A stretch of 64,000 nt of DNA from the NCBI GenBank assembly GCA_965240465.1, contig OZ251219.1, positions 1,280,001 to 1,344,000 of the forward strand. The letters are read 5' to 3'. Position 1 is the stretch's first letter. Each line of letters opens with the position of its first letter. The translations under genes were made by a program, and so were the position numbers. The notes under the pieces were generated by a model. The model worked only from the letters and a program-made list of their open reading frames with translations, was not told the DNA's origin and did not search any database. Positions 50,634 through 59,365 of this stretch are shown one piece after another. Source of the DNA: a bacterium. GTDB lineage: Bacteria; SAR324; JACQKK01.

Positions 50634-50759
50634 TGGGCATTGGCATTTGGGCATTGGCATTTGGGCATTGGCATTTGGGCATGGAATTTAGGCATTGGCA
50701 TTTAGGCAGTATTTTTAGGCACTGGCAGGCAGTATTTTTAGGCACTGGCATTTAGGCAT
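50634..50759. repeat. Degenerate 14-bp intergenic tandem repeat
   Basis: tgggcattggcatt / taggcattggcatt units. Confidence 0.85.
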
Positions 50760-50798
50760 GGTACGACATCACGAGCTCCCTAGCTTATAAGAGGAAGA

Positions 50799-51893
50799 TT
50801 GATTAGAGAACGCTTACAGTCATTTTTAAGGATGCTTACCGATCCTCGGGTTATCACTTTGGTGATAGCATCTGTTTTGGCTACGCTGTCGGTGATTTTA
50901 TTAGGTACGGCGGTTTTGCTCCTAATTATTGCTCTTATGCTAGTTTTTGCCTTAGAGAGTTATATTTCACGTTTGAGGAGTTTAGGCATGTCAGTGGGAG
51001 TGGCTCGCAATCTTGTTTTTTGGATATTTTGTTTTATCTATCTTTTGGGAATTATCGGTCCTGTTCAGTTAGCGATTGAGCAATTATTGCAGATTGTGTC
51101 CATTTTACCTCAATTGACCTTAGACATTTCTAGCAATCTTGAGAATTGGACTCCTCCTTTATTTTTACAGAAGTATCAACCTTACATTTCCAATATTTTG
51201 GTATCTAGCCCTCAATTTATAGATACTCTCACTCAAAAAATTGGTGAGAATGCCCAGAATGCTGTTCAGACGGCTTTGGGGGCATTTTTAAGTATTACGG
51301 GTGCGGCGGTTTATTTGATATTACTTCCATTGCTGGTATTTTTCATGCTTAAGGATAAAGCGATGCTTTATGGTGCCATTCGGTTGATACCCGGCAATTT
51401 TGAGTTAGTAAAAAGCATTTGGAATGATATGGAAGAAGGCATGGCTAGGTATGTGAGCAGCAAGCTTTGGGAGGTTATGATAGTTGGTTTGGTTACTTGG
51501 GGTATTTTTTATTTACTTAAGTTTGAGTATGCAGCTTTGATGGGAATATTCACTGGTCTTTCGGTGTTAGTTCCTTATGTAGGAGCATTTGTGGTTACGA
51601 TTCCGGTTTTTTTATTAGGTCTTAGCCAGTGGGGATTTTCCGTGGATCTTAGTTATTTGATGATTGCATATTTTGCCATTCAATTTTTGGATGGCAATGT
51701 TCTTTCAACGCTTATGTTTTCTGATGCTGTTAAGATACCGCCTACCGCCATTTTGATCAGCGTGATTGTCTTTGGACGTTTGTGGGGTTTTTGGGGAGCT
51801 GTGTTTGCTATTCCACTGGTATCATTACTGAGGTCGCTGGCACATGCTTGGATTAAATTTAAGGACTCCAGTGATCAGCCGAATGCGTCCTGA
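50799..51893 (+). CDS. AI-2E (PerM-like) family membrane transporter
   Basis: Multi-TM; FFMLKD, VPYVG, QFLDGNVL, FG.LWG.WG..FAIP. Confidence 0.88.
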   Translation: MIRERLQSFLRMLTDPRVITLVIASVLATLSVILLGTAVLLLIIALMLVFALESYISRLRSLGMSVGVARNLVFWIFCFIYLLGIIGPVQLAIEQLLQIVSILPQLTLDISSNLENWTPPLFLQKYQPYISNILVSSPQFIDTLTQKIGENAQNAVQTALGAFLSITGAAVYLILLPLLVFFMLKDKAMLYGAIRLIPGNFELVKSIWNDMEEGMARYVSSKLWEVMIVGLVTWGIFYLLKFEYAALMGIFTGLSVLVPYVGAFVVTIPVFLLGLSQWGFSVDLSYLMIAYFAIQFLDGNVLSTLMFSDAVKIPPTAILISVIVFGRLWGFWGAVFAIPLVSLLRSLAHAWIKFKDSSDQPNAS

Positions 51894-52095
51894 TGGTATT
51901 GCGTCCCTTTTGTTTTGCATTTTGATGGTATTGCGTTGATGGTATTGCGTCCCTTTTGTTTTGCATTTTGATGGTATTGCGTTGATGGTATTGCGTTGAT
52001 GGTATTGCGTTGATGGTATTGCGTTGATGGTATTGCGTTGATGGTATTGCGTTGATGGTATTGCGTCCCTTTTGTTTTGCATTTTGATGGTATTG
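51891..52095. repeat. Composite tandem repeat (14-bp A unit + 18-bp B unit)
   Basis: A=tgatggtattgcgt, B=cccttttgttttgcattt; order A B A A B A7 B A'. Confidence 0.93.
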
Positions 52096-52129
52096 AGTTT
52101 TGATAGTTTGTGGGTTTATTTACGTGCAA

Positions 52130-52203
<74 letters not shown>

Positions 52204-52238
52204 ATGCAGAGTGAGAATACGATACTAGCATGACTTAG

Positions 52239-53012
52239 TTAGCGTGAAGCCAGCTTGAAGTAACGCTTTTCAGTTGGAGCATAGAGTTTGGGGTATTTTT
52301 GTTTAGCGACCTGCAGCATGGCGATAAATTTAGGAACATATTCTGCGGTTTCTTGTCGGAGACGGAGTCTGAAAAAGCTGGTGGTGTGTTGTTGTTGGAT
52401 TTTTTTAGACAGGTAGTTAGGTCCTCCATTGTAGGCTGCTAGGGCTAATTCCCAACGATAGTTAAATTCCAGCCCTAGCTGTTCCAAATAACGAGCTGCG
52501 GCCACGGTGGATTTCTTCCAGTTGAGGCGATCATCACGGTTGTGGCTGATGTGTAAGCCCATATGTCTGGCGGTCTGTGCGGTGAACTGCCACATACCGA
52601 GGGCACTTCCAGAGTTGGCATCCAGCTTAAAGGTGGATTCGAGCATGGGCAAATAGGCTAGTTCTTCTGGCAACCCCCGACGGCGGAACTCTCGCACGAT
52701 GGTAGGTAAATAGGGCTGAGCACGAACCAAAGCCTTTTTCACGGTGTTAGTACGATTGTAATAACGATGAAATTTCTGCACCAAAGCATGATTGGATTGC
52801 CACAGTAATGGATTCTTATCCTTAATCCTGCTAGTCAGCAAAGATGCTCTTATCTCGGTGGGATATACAAAAGGATTCGTACAAGAACTCAGCAACAATG
52901 CTATTAGTGAAATGCTCAGATAGTGCAACAAACTCAGATGTGAACTCCTAGCTGCACTAGCCAATTCATAGCAACTCAGGTGATAACTAGCAGGGCGTAA
53001 ATTTGACTTCAT
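52239..53012 (-). CDS. Lytic transglycosylase (SLT/MltD-like), possible lipoprotein
   Basis: LAYLPMLES, GMWQF...TAR..GL, ST.AAARYL, LALAAYNGG, ETAEYVPK; LLLSSC lipobox. Confidence 0.88.
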   Translation of the reverse strand: MKSNLRPASYHLSCYELASAARSSHLSLLHYLSISLIALLLSSCTNPFVYPTEIRASLLTSRIKDKNPLLWQSNHALVQKFHRYYNRTNTVKKALVRAQPYLPTIVREFRRRGLPEELAYLPMLESTFKLDANSGSALGMWQFTAQTARHMGLHISHNRDDRLNWKKSTVAAARYLEQLGLEFNYRWELALAAYNGGPNYLSKKIQQQHTTSFFRLRLRQETAEYVPKFIAMLQVAKQKYPKLYAPTEKRYFKLASR

Positions 53013-53143
53013 ATAATTCCCAAAACAACAATTTCCGTGCAACAACAATCTCCGTGCAACAACAATCTCCGCGCGGTAGCATCACCTACCTCGCCATATG
53101 TATTGCAATTCGGCTGCCAGAATAAGCACTAGACCTCACTTTA

Positions 53144-54058
53144 ATGCCTACTCCTGTTCAACCCGCGATAAATGCCATGATAAATGCCATCACCATCGCC
53201 AAACTGATGGAATACACACAGAAAATGGATGCAATCGCAATCCCGCGCCTCATCCTCAAGGATAAACAGCTGGAGTACCCTCTACTGATGGGCGTGATAA
53301 ACCTATCGCCCGATTCCGCTTACCGAAAAAGTATCTGCCATGATGCTCCTACTGCCATTGCCCGCGGACTCACCCTAAGCCAACAAGGAGCGTGCCTCAT
53401 AGACATCGGGGTTGAATCCACCTTAGAACATGCCAAACGAATTGACCCTCAGGAGCAAATAAAGCTCCTGCTGCCAGTAATCAAGGGATTGGTAACAGAG
53501 GGAATCTTGGTGTCCGCAGAAAGCTACCACCCTAAAGTGCTCGAAGCTGCAGCTCAAGCTGGGGCTGCTATTTTTAATCTCACTGGCACTGCCGAAGAAA
53601 ATGACGTATATCAACTGGCAGCTAAATATCAAACTGCCGTCATCCATAGCTACATCCAAGGCGAACATGTTCATAAAGTGCAAGACTTCCAATTCCAGCC
53701 CCAAATGACCCTCAAAATGCAGGCTTGGTTTCAAAAACGACTTGAAATAGCTCAAAAACAAGGGGTACAACACCACATCCTAGACCCAGGACTGGGCTTC
53801 TACTATCCCAATCTCAAGGACAGCACCCAACGAGTACATCATCAACTAAACACCTTCCTTACCAGCTGGCAACTACACTCACTAGGTTGGCCTATAATGA
53901 ACATCCTTCCTCACGCCCCAGAAGCTTTTACCGACTCCCTCCAGTCCTATGCCGAACCCTTCTTTGCCGTCTTTGCTCTCCTCGGGGGAACACATATCAT
54001 CCGCACCCACGAAGTGAAAACCGTTGCTGCCGTCCAGCAAACAATGGAAATGTATTAA
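53144..54058 (+). CDS. folP: Dihydropteroate synthase-like pterin-binding protein (divergent)
   Basis: MGVINLSPDS, GA..IDIG.EST, ILDPGLGF, IIRTHEV; no SRK motif. Confidence 0.75.
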   Translation: MPTPVQPAINAMINAITIAKLMEYTQKMDAIAIPRLILKDKQLEYPLLMGVINLSPDSAYRKSICHDAPTAIARGLTLSQQGACLIDIGVESTLEHAKRIDPQEQIKLLLPVIKGLVTEGILVSAESYHPKVLEAAAQAGAAIFNLTGTAEENDVYQLAAKYQTAVIHSYIQGEHVHKVQDFQFQPQMTLKMQAWFQKRLEIAQKQGVQHHILDPGLGFYYPNLKDSTQRVHHQLNTFLTSWQLHSLGWPIMNILPHAPEAFTDSLQSYAEPFFAVFALLGGTHIIRTHEVKTVAAVQQTMEMY

Positions 54059-54150
54059 AATGGGAAATGTATTAAAATAATTGAAATAAGTAAGATTTTA
54101 TGGTATGTACTAGCTAACTCATTAAGTAGTATATAGGAACGGAGAGTGCT

Positions 54151-54591
54151 ATGGATACGGTTTTTGTCATTGCAGATGCAATTCTTAAGATAGCCAAAGA
54201 GCAAAATAAAAAGGTTACCCCACTTCAATTATTGAAGCTGGTATATATCTCGGAAGGTTGGAGCTTGGCTTTGCGAAATAAAACGCTGTTTTCTAATCGC
54301 ATAGAGGCTTGGCAGTACGGGCCTGTTGTTCCAGACCTTTACCACAGAACGAAGAATTTTGGTGGAAACCCAATACCATACAAAGAAATGGATTATGAAG
54401 AATCTTCTCTTAGCGGGGAAGATTTTGAGTTTCAAAAGGAGGTTTATAATGCTTATCGTGATTACTCAGGTATTGAATTATCAAGCATTACACACCAGAC
54501 TGATTCGCCTTGGTACCAAGTCTACAAGCATGGTGAGTATAAATTAGAAATACCTCATCTAGAGCTCAAGAAGGCTAGAGGAGTAAAGTAG
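54151..54591 (+). CDS. Panacea/SocA (DUF4065)-family antitoxin
   Basis: TPLQLLKLVY, IEAWQYGPVVPDLY, LS.ITH..DSPW. Confidence 0.88.
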   Translation: MDTVFVIADAILKIAKEQNKKVTPLQLLKLVYISEGWSLALRNKTLFSNRIEAWQYGPVVPDLYHRTKNFGGNPIPYKEMDYEESSLSGEDFEFQKEVYNAYRDYSGIELSSITHQTDSPWYQVYKHGEYKLEIPHLELKKARGVK

Positions 54592-54596
54592 AGATA

Positions 54597-54920
54597 TTGC
54601 ATGGCATCCCAAATCCTCCAGAGAGACCGCAATTTGAATGGACAAGCGATAAGCTTGCAAATTTAGAAGGTGAATTACACGGGGAAAAAATAAAACAAGA
54701 TATTAGGATCATTTCGTTCCTTGGGTGGTTAAGGATGGTTGTTGCAGGTTTGCTGGTGGTAGTTTTTCTCGTATGGTTATTTCATTTATTAACCCCTGGA
54801 TATTGGCATTGGTTAAGCACAGAAAGTATAAGAACGTTGGAAGTAATTTTTATTAGTGTTATTTTTGGAGGATTTTTTCTCAACCCAGCTAGTAGATACT
54901 CTGATAACAGAGACGCATAA
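54597..54920 (+). CDS. Small 2-TM protein, putative partner/toxin of the Panacea protein
   Basis: Two hydrophobic helices around HLLTPGYWHWLS; 5 bp after the antitoxin; TTG start uncertain. Confidence 0.55.
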   Translation: MHGIPNPPERPQFEWTSDKLANLEGELHGEKIKQDIRIISFLGWLRMVVAGLLVVVFLVWLFHLLTPGYWHWLSTESIRTLEVIFISVIFGGFFLNPASRYSDNRDA

Positions 54921-55020
54921 AAATTTAATAAGGGCAATTTTGTAGCAGTGTCCGTAGGGTAAAACCATTTGCTAAATTTTTTTATCGCTTAGTGATTATG
55001 AAGACAAAATAGCAGAGAAA

Positions 55021-55431
55021 ATGGAAGGTGGATTTAGAAATAGTGTAGCTTTTGGTGAGCGAATTGAGTACTTGCTGGTAGGAGAAATGATTGGGGAAGG
55101 ATTGGATGTTTATCGTCCTGTGACTGATAACATGGGCATTGATGCGGTTATCAGAAGGAAGGATGGAACATTTATTGAGGTGCAAATCAAGGCTCGCTCA
55201 AAGGACGCAAAGCAAGGTACTTTATTTACCTTAAAAGCTTTCCAAGCGAGAAGAAGTTATTTCTTTATCTTTTACGCTGAGGGAATTAATACCAAGTGGA
55301 TATTTTCCTCTAAGGAACTTGACGCAGAGGCTGTGACAAATAAAACAGGAAAGCACGAAGGCAAGAGGAGCATTACACTTGGTAAAAGATTTGACAAATA
55401 CATAGCTACTAATTTTGATAGGCTAAAATAG
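55021..55431 (+). CDS. PD-(D/E)XK nuclease-like paralog 1
   Basis: E(RIE)...D.MGID...EVQIKAR; TAG replaces GAG so the EYQGG tail is lost. Confidence 0.8.
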   Translation: MEGGFRNSVAFGERIEYLLVGEMIGEGLDVYRPVTDNMGIDAVIRRKDGTFIEVQIKARSKDAKQGTLFTLKAFQARRSYFFIFYAEGINTKWIFSSKELDAEAVTNKTGKHEGKRSITLGKRFDKYIATNFDRLK

Positions 55432-55435
55432 TATC

Positions 55436-55465
55436 AGGGGGGCTAATGTTGCCCCTTATTTTTTT
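55436..55465 (+). terminator. Possible intrinsic terminator between paralogs 1 and 2 (second copy 55902-55932)
   Basis: ggggc-taatgtt-gcccc followed by T-run. Confidence 0.45.
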
Positions 55466-55486
55466 GCATAATAAAAGGAGACACAA

Positions 55487-55912
55487 ATGGCAAATCGTGA
55501 AAATAATCACGCTTTTAATGAGCGAATTAAGTGCTTTATAAAGAAGGAAATGCTTAAAGAAGGGATGGATGTTTATCTTGCCAAGGTTGAAAATGGAGAA
55601 GGTATAGTTGTCAAAAAGGAGAACAAAATACATATTGAGGTGAAAGTCCATGCTAGTTCAAAGGAGGCACAGAAAGGTTGTTCATTTGGATTTGGCTTAC
55701 AACCTTTCCCAAAGAAAAGAAATTATTTCTTTATCCTTTATGATGAAAGAACTAATACCAAGTGGATATTCTCCTCTAAGGAACTTGACGCAGAGGCTGA
55801 GACAAATAAAACAGGAAAAAACAAAGGGGAGAGAAGCATTATACTTGGTGAAAGATTTGAAAAATACATAGCTACTAATTTTGATAGGCTAAAAGAGTAT
55901 CAGGGGGGCTAA
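55487..55912 (+). CDS. PD-(D/E)XK paralog 2, catalytic motif degenerate
   Basis: GID becomes GEG and EVQIK becomes EVKVH; C-terminus conserved. Confidence 0.78.
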   Translation: MANRENNHAFNERIKCFIKKEMLKEGMDVYLAKVENGEGIVVKKENKIHIEVKVHASSKEAQKGCSFGFGLQPFPKKRNYFFILYDERTNTKWIFSSKELDAEAETNKTGKNKGERSIILGERFEKYIATNFDRLKEYQGG

Positions 55913-55953
55913 TGTTGCCCCTTATTTTTTTTGCATAATAAAAGGAGACACAA

Positions 55954-56382
55954 ATGGGAGTTAGTTTTAGAAGTAAAAAATCTTTTGGTGAGCGAATTGA
56001 GTACTGGATAGCGGGGGAAATGCTGAAAGAGGGGATGGATGTTTATCTTCCTACGGTTGATGACATGGGAATTGATATGGTTGTCAGAAGGAAGGATAAA
56101 ACATTTATTGAGGTGCAAGTTAAGGCTAGATCAGAGGACGCAAAGCAAGGTCTTTTATTTGCTGCTCTAAAACCTTTTCCAGTGAGAGAAAATTATTTCT
56201 TTATCTTTTATGCTGAAGCAGTAAATACCAAGTGGATATTTTCCTCTAAGGAACTTGACAAAGAAGCTGGGACGAATAAAACAGGAGAAAATAAAGGCAA
56301 GAGGAACATTGCTCTTGGTAAGAAATTTGACAAATACATAGCTACTAATTTTGATAGGCTAGAAGAGTACAAGGGGGGCTAA
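55954..56382 (+). CDS. PD-(D/E)XK nuclease-like paralog 3
   Basis: DDMGID...EVQVKAR; AGGAG RBS. Confidence 0.82.
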   Translation: MGVSFRSKKSFGERIEYWIAGEMLKEGMDVYLPTVDDMGIDMVVRRKDKTFIEVQVKARSEDAKQGLLFAALKPFPVRENYFFIFYAEAVNTKWIFSSKELDKEAGTNKTGENKGKRNIALGKKFDKYIATNFDRLEEYKGG

Positions 56383-56434
56383 GAAAACTGGATGAGGCAT
56401 ATTATTTTTTTTTGCATAATGAAAGGAGACACAA

Positions 56435-56860
56435 ATGGGAGTTAGTTTTAGAAGTAAAAAATCTTTTGGTGAGCGAATTGAGCACTGGATAATGGGGGAA
56501 ATGCTTAAAGAAGGGATGGATGTTTATCTTTCCACGGTTGATGACAGGGGAGTTGATATGGTTGTCAGAAATGAGAATGGAATATTTATTGAGGTGCAGA
56601 TCAAGGCTAGATCAGAGGACGCAAAGAAAGATATGTTATTTAACACTAAACCTTTCATAGCAAGAAAAAATTATTTCTTTATCTTTTATGCTGAGGGAAG
56701 AAATATCAAGTGGATATTCTCCTCTAAGGAACTTGACGCAGAGGCTGAGACAAATAAAACAGGAAAAAACAAAGGGGAGAGAAGCATTATACTTGTTGAA
56801 AGATTTGACAAATACATAGCTACTAATTTTGATAGGCTAAAAGAGTACAAGGGGGGCTAA
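56435..56860 (+). CDS. PD-(D/E)XK nuclease-like paralog 4
   Basis: DDRGVD...EVQIKAR. Confidence 0.82.
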   Translation: MGVSFRSKKSFGERIEHWIMGEMLKEGMDVYLSTVDDRGVDMVVRNENGIFIEVQIKARSEDAKKDMLFNTKPFIARKNYFFIFYAEGRNIKWIFSSKELDAEAETNKTGKNKGERSIILVERFDKYIATNFDRLKEYKGG

Positions 56861-56913
56861 GAAAACTGGATGAGGCATATTATTTTTTTATTGCATAATG
56901 AAAGGAGACACAA

Positions 56914-57339
56914 ATGGGAGTTAGTTTTAGAAGTAAAAAATCTTTCGGTGAGCGAATTGAGCACTGGATAATGGGGGAAATGCTTAAAGAAGGGATGGAT
57001 GTTTATCTTTCCACGGTTGATGACAGGGGAGTTGATATGGTTGTCAGAAATGAGAATGGAATATTTATTGAGGTGCAGATCAAGGCTAGATCAGAGGACG
57101 CAAAGAAAGATATGTTATTTAACACTAAACCTTTCATAGCAAGAAAAAATTATTTCTTTATCTTTTATGCTGAGGGAAGAAATATCAAGTGGATATTCAC
57201 CTCCAAGGAACTTGACGCAGAGGCTGAGACAAATAAAGCAGGAAAAAACAAAGGGGGGAGGTGGATTCGTCTTAGTGATAAATTTGACAAGTACACGGTT
57301 ACTAATTTTGATAGGCTAAAAGAGTACAAGGGGGGCTAA
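56914..57339 (+). CDS. PD-(D/E)XK nuclease-like paralog 5
   Basis: Identical protein to paralog 4 except in the C-terminal third. Confidence 0.82.
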   Translation: MGVSFRSKKSFGERIEHWIMGEMLKEGMDVYLSTVDDRGVDMVVRNENGIFIEVQIKARSEDAKKDMLFNTKPFIARKNYFFIFYAEGRNIKWIFTSKELDAEAETNKAGKNKGGRWIRLSDKFDKYTVTNFDRLKEYKGG

Positions 57340-57347
57340 AAATTGGA

Positions 57348-57440
57348 TGAGGCATGAACTCATGCCGAGCGAAGTAGTAGGTAAGAGTACACTACGGGGG
57401 GGGGCTTTATATTTTTTGGCATAACAAACAGGAGACACAG
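57348..57440 (+). repeat. 93-bp intercassette element (second copy 57888-57980)
   Basis: tgaggcat(g/a)aactcatgccga...ggtaagagtac..ctacgggggggg...ttttttggcataa...agga.acaca.atg. Confidence 0.88.
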
Positions 57441-57890
57441 ATGGAAGGTGATTTTAGAAGTAAAAAATCTTTTGGTGAGCGAATTGAGAGTTTCTGGCAT
57501 AATTCCCCTTTACCAGCCCTTTTTGGGTATCCCTTAGTGGCTGCTTTTATGGGGTATGGATTATTCATATTTGTTTTTGGTATTTGGGGATTATTCAATA
57601 TGTTCGAAAATTTTGGATTATGGCTAATCTTTGAGTACTTTTTTAAATTTTTAGCTGTACTTTTACTATTTTTTGGGTTCTGGGTTCATTTGGTAATTGG
57701 GGTAGTCTACTGGCTGGTAACAGAATGGAACTGGGAGATTTGGCAAGCAATTTTGTTTGTTTCTCCTTTTTCTTTTATTTGGCTTTTTTTGCTTATTTGG
57801 CTTATCGGAACAGGCTTGGCTGCTTCTTTTTCCTTGCTTGGAAGTTTATTCGGACATAAAAAAAAGGGAGACAATGAAATCAACTGGTGA
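57441..57890 (+). CDS. Multi-TM membrane protein with nuclease-derived N-terminus (copy 1)
   Basis: MEGDFRSKKSFGERIE followed by hydrophobic helices. Confidence 0.75.
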   Translation: MEGDFRSKKSFGERIESFWHNSPLPALFGYPLVAAFMGYGLFIFVFGIWGLFNMFENFGLWLIFEYFFKFLAVLLLFFGFWVHLVIGVVYWLVTEWNWEIWQAILFVSPFSFIWLFLLIWLIGTGLAASFSLLGSLFGHKKKGDNEINW

Positions 57891-57980
57891 GGTATAAACT
57901 CATGCCGAGAGAAGTGGTAGGTAAGAGTACGCTACGGGGGGGGCTTTATATTTTTTGGCATAATAAAGCAGGATACACAA

Positions 57981-58415
57981 ATGGAAGGTGGATTTAGAAA
58001 TAGTGTAGCTTTTGGTGAGCGAATTGAGAGTTTCATGCTACTTCTTTTTAGGTGTCCCTTAAAGGTTGCTGTTTGGGGGTATGGATTATTCATAGTTGTT
58101 TTTGGTATTTGGGGATTATTCAATATGTTCGAAGATTTTGGATTATGGCCAATCTTTGAGTACTTTTTTACAGGTATAGTTTCACTTTTAGTATTTTTTG
58201 GGTTCTGGTATCTTTTGATGATTGGGGTAGTCTACTGGTTCGTAACAGAATGGAACTGGGAGGTTTGGCAAGCATTTTTGTTTATTTTTCCTTTCATTCC
58301 TGTTGCTATTATTTTGCCTATTTGGCTTATCGGAACAGGCTTGGCTGCTTTTTCTTCCTTGCTTGGAAGTTTATTCGGACATAAAAAGAGGGGAGACAAT
58401 GGAATCAACTGCTGA
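57981..58415 (+). CDS. Multi-TM membrane protein with nuclease-derived N-terminus (copy 2)
   Basis: First 48 nt identical to paralog 1; remainder paralogous to 57441-57890. Confidence 0.75.
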   Translation: MEGGFRNSVAFGERIESFMLLLFRCPLKVAVWGYGLFIVVFGIWGLFNMFEDFGLWPIFEYFFTGIVSLLVFFGFWYLLMIGVVYWFVTEWNWEVWQAFLFIFPFIPVAIILPIWLIGTGLAAFSSLLGSLFGHKKRGDNGINC

Positions 58416-58426
58416 GGCATAAACTC

Positions 58427-59365
58427 ATGCCGAAACTCATGCCCAGAGAAAAAGCCAGTATTGCCTCCCCCGAAATATCCATTCCAGTGGTTTGGCAGCC
58501 AGGACACATGCAAGCCGCCAAAAAGAAGCTGTCCCAAGTGCTGAAAAGTACGGACATCGTCTTGGAACTGCGAGATGCCCGCCTCCCAGCCCTGACCTCG
58601 CCCGCTTGGTTTGAGGAAAGACTGCGACAAAAATCCCGCTTGCTCGCCTGCAACAAATCAGCTTTAGCCGATCCAGAAGTGAACCAGCAATGGTTGGAAT
58701 TCTGGAAGCAACAACAACAACCAGCCATCTTGCTTGATGCAGATTCTAAGCAAGGCTTAAAACAACTTTTTCAGGCTATTCAGTTCTTAGGAAAACCCTC
58801 GCGACAGCGTTTCCACCGACGCAATATGCAGCCTCCCGCCCTGCGAATTTTAATCATCGGGCTGCCCAATGTTGGCAAATCCACCCTGATCAATCGCTTG
58901 GGAAATAAGAAACGAACCGCAGTAGCACCGCAACCAGGGGTTACCAGAGGAATTACCTGGATCAATCTGCCTCCCAACATGCTGGTGATGGATACCCCAG
59001 GCATTTTGCCACCACGAGTAGAAAATCAACAACAATTGCTCTGGCTGGCTTGGAGCGGATGCCTCCCAGATCATACGCTCAACCTGCCTCACCTTACCGC
59101 ACTACTACTTACCTACTTGCTTGATAAACCTCAGCCCCAACTGCTCCAATGGCTAAAACCGATAATACCACCTACCCAGCCAAATTTTAGCCAAACCCAG
59201 CAATTACTCCGCGAACTATGTCAACATCGGGGCTGGCTACTACCTAAAGCCCAGCCTCATCTTCATCAGGCAGCCCAAAAATTCTTCTCCCACTTCCGAA
59301 CAGGAAAACTAGGGCGATATTCCTTCCAAAGACCTAAACATAAACCGAAAAATGAAAATATCTAG
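58427..59365 (+). CDS. rbgA: Ribosome biogenesis GTPase YlqF/RbgA
   Basis: W.PGHM, D.VLE.RDARLP, NK..LAD, GLPNVGKSTLIN, PGVT, DTPG, FRTGKLG. Confidence 0.93.
   Translation: MPKLMPREKASIASPEISIPVVWQPGHMQAAKKKLSQVLKSTDIVLELRDARLPALTSPAWFEERLRQKSRLLACNKSALADPEVNQQWLEFWKQQQQPAILLDADSKQGLKQLFQAIQFLGKPSRQRFHRRNMQPPALRILIIGLPNVGKSTLINRLGNKKRTAVAPQPGVTRGITWINLPPNMLVMDTPGILPPRVENQQQLLWLAWSGCLPDHTLNLPHLTALLLTYLLDKPQPQLLQWLKPIIPPTQPNFSQTQQLLRELCQHRGWLLPKAQPHLHQAAQKFFSHFRTGKLGRYSFQRPKHKPKNENI

Noticed and set aside
47412-52095. CRISPR arrays at 47412, 48384 and 51891
   Set aside because: Head-to-tail repeats without unique spacers; no cas genes in the window
56435-57339. Diversity-generating retroelement TR/VR pair
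   Set aside because: Differences involve T, C and G as well as A, and no reverse transcriptase is present
55021-58415. Classical integron cassette array
   Set aside because: No RYYYAAC/GTTRRRY attC boxes and no IntI; the genes are paralogs
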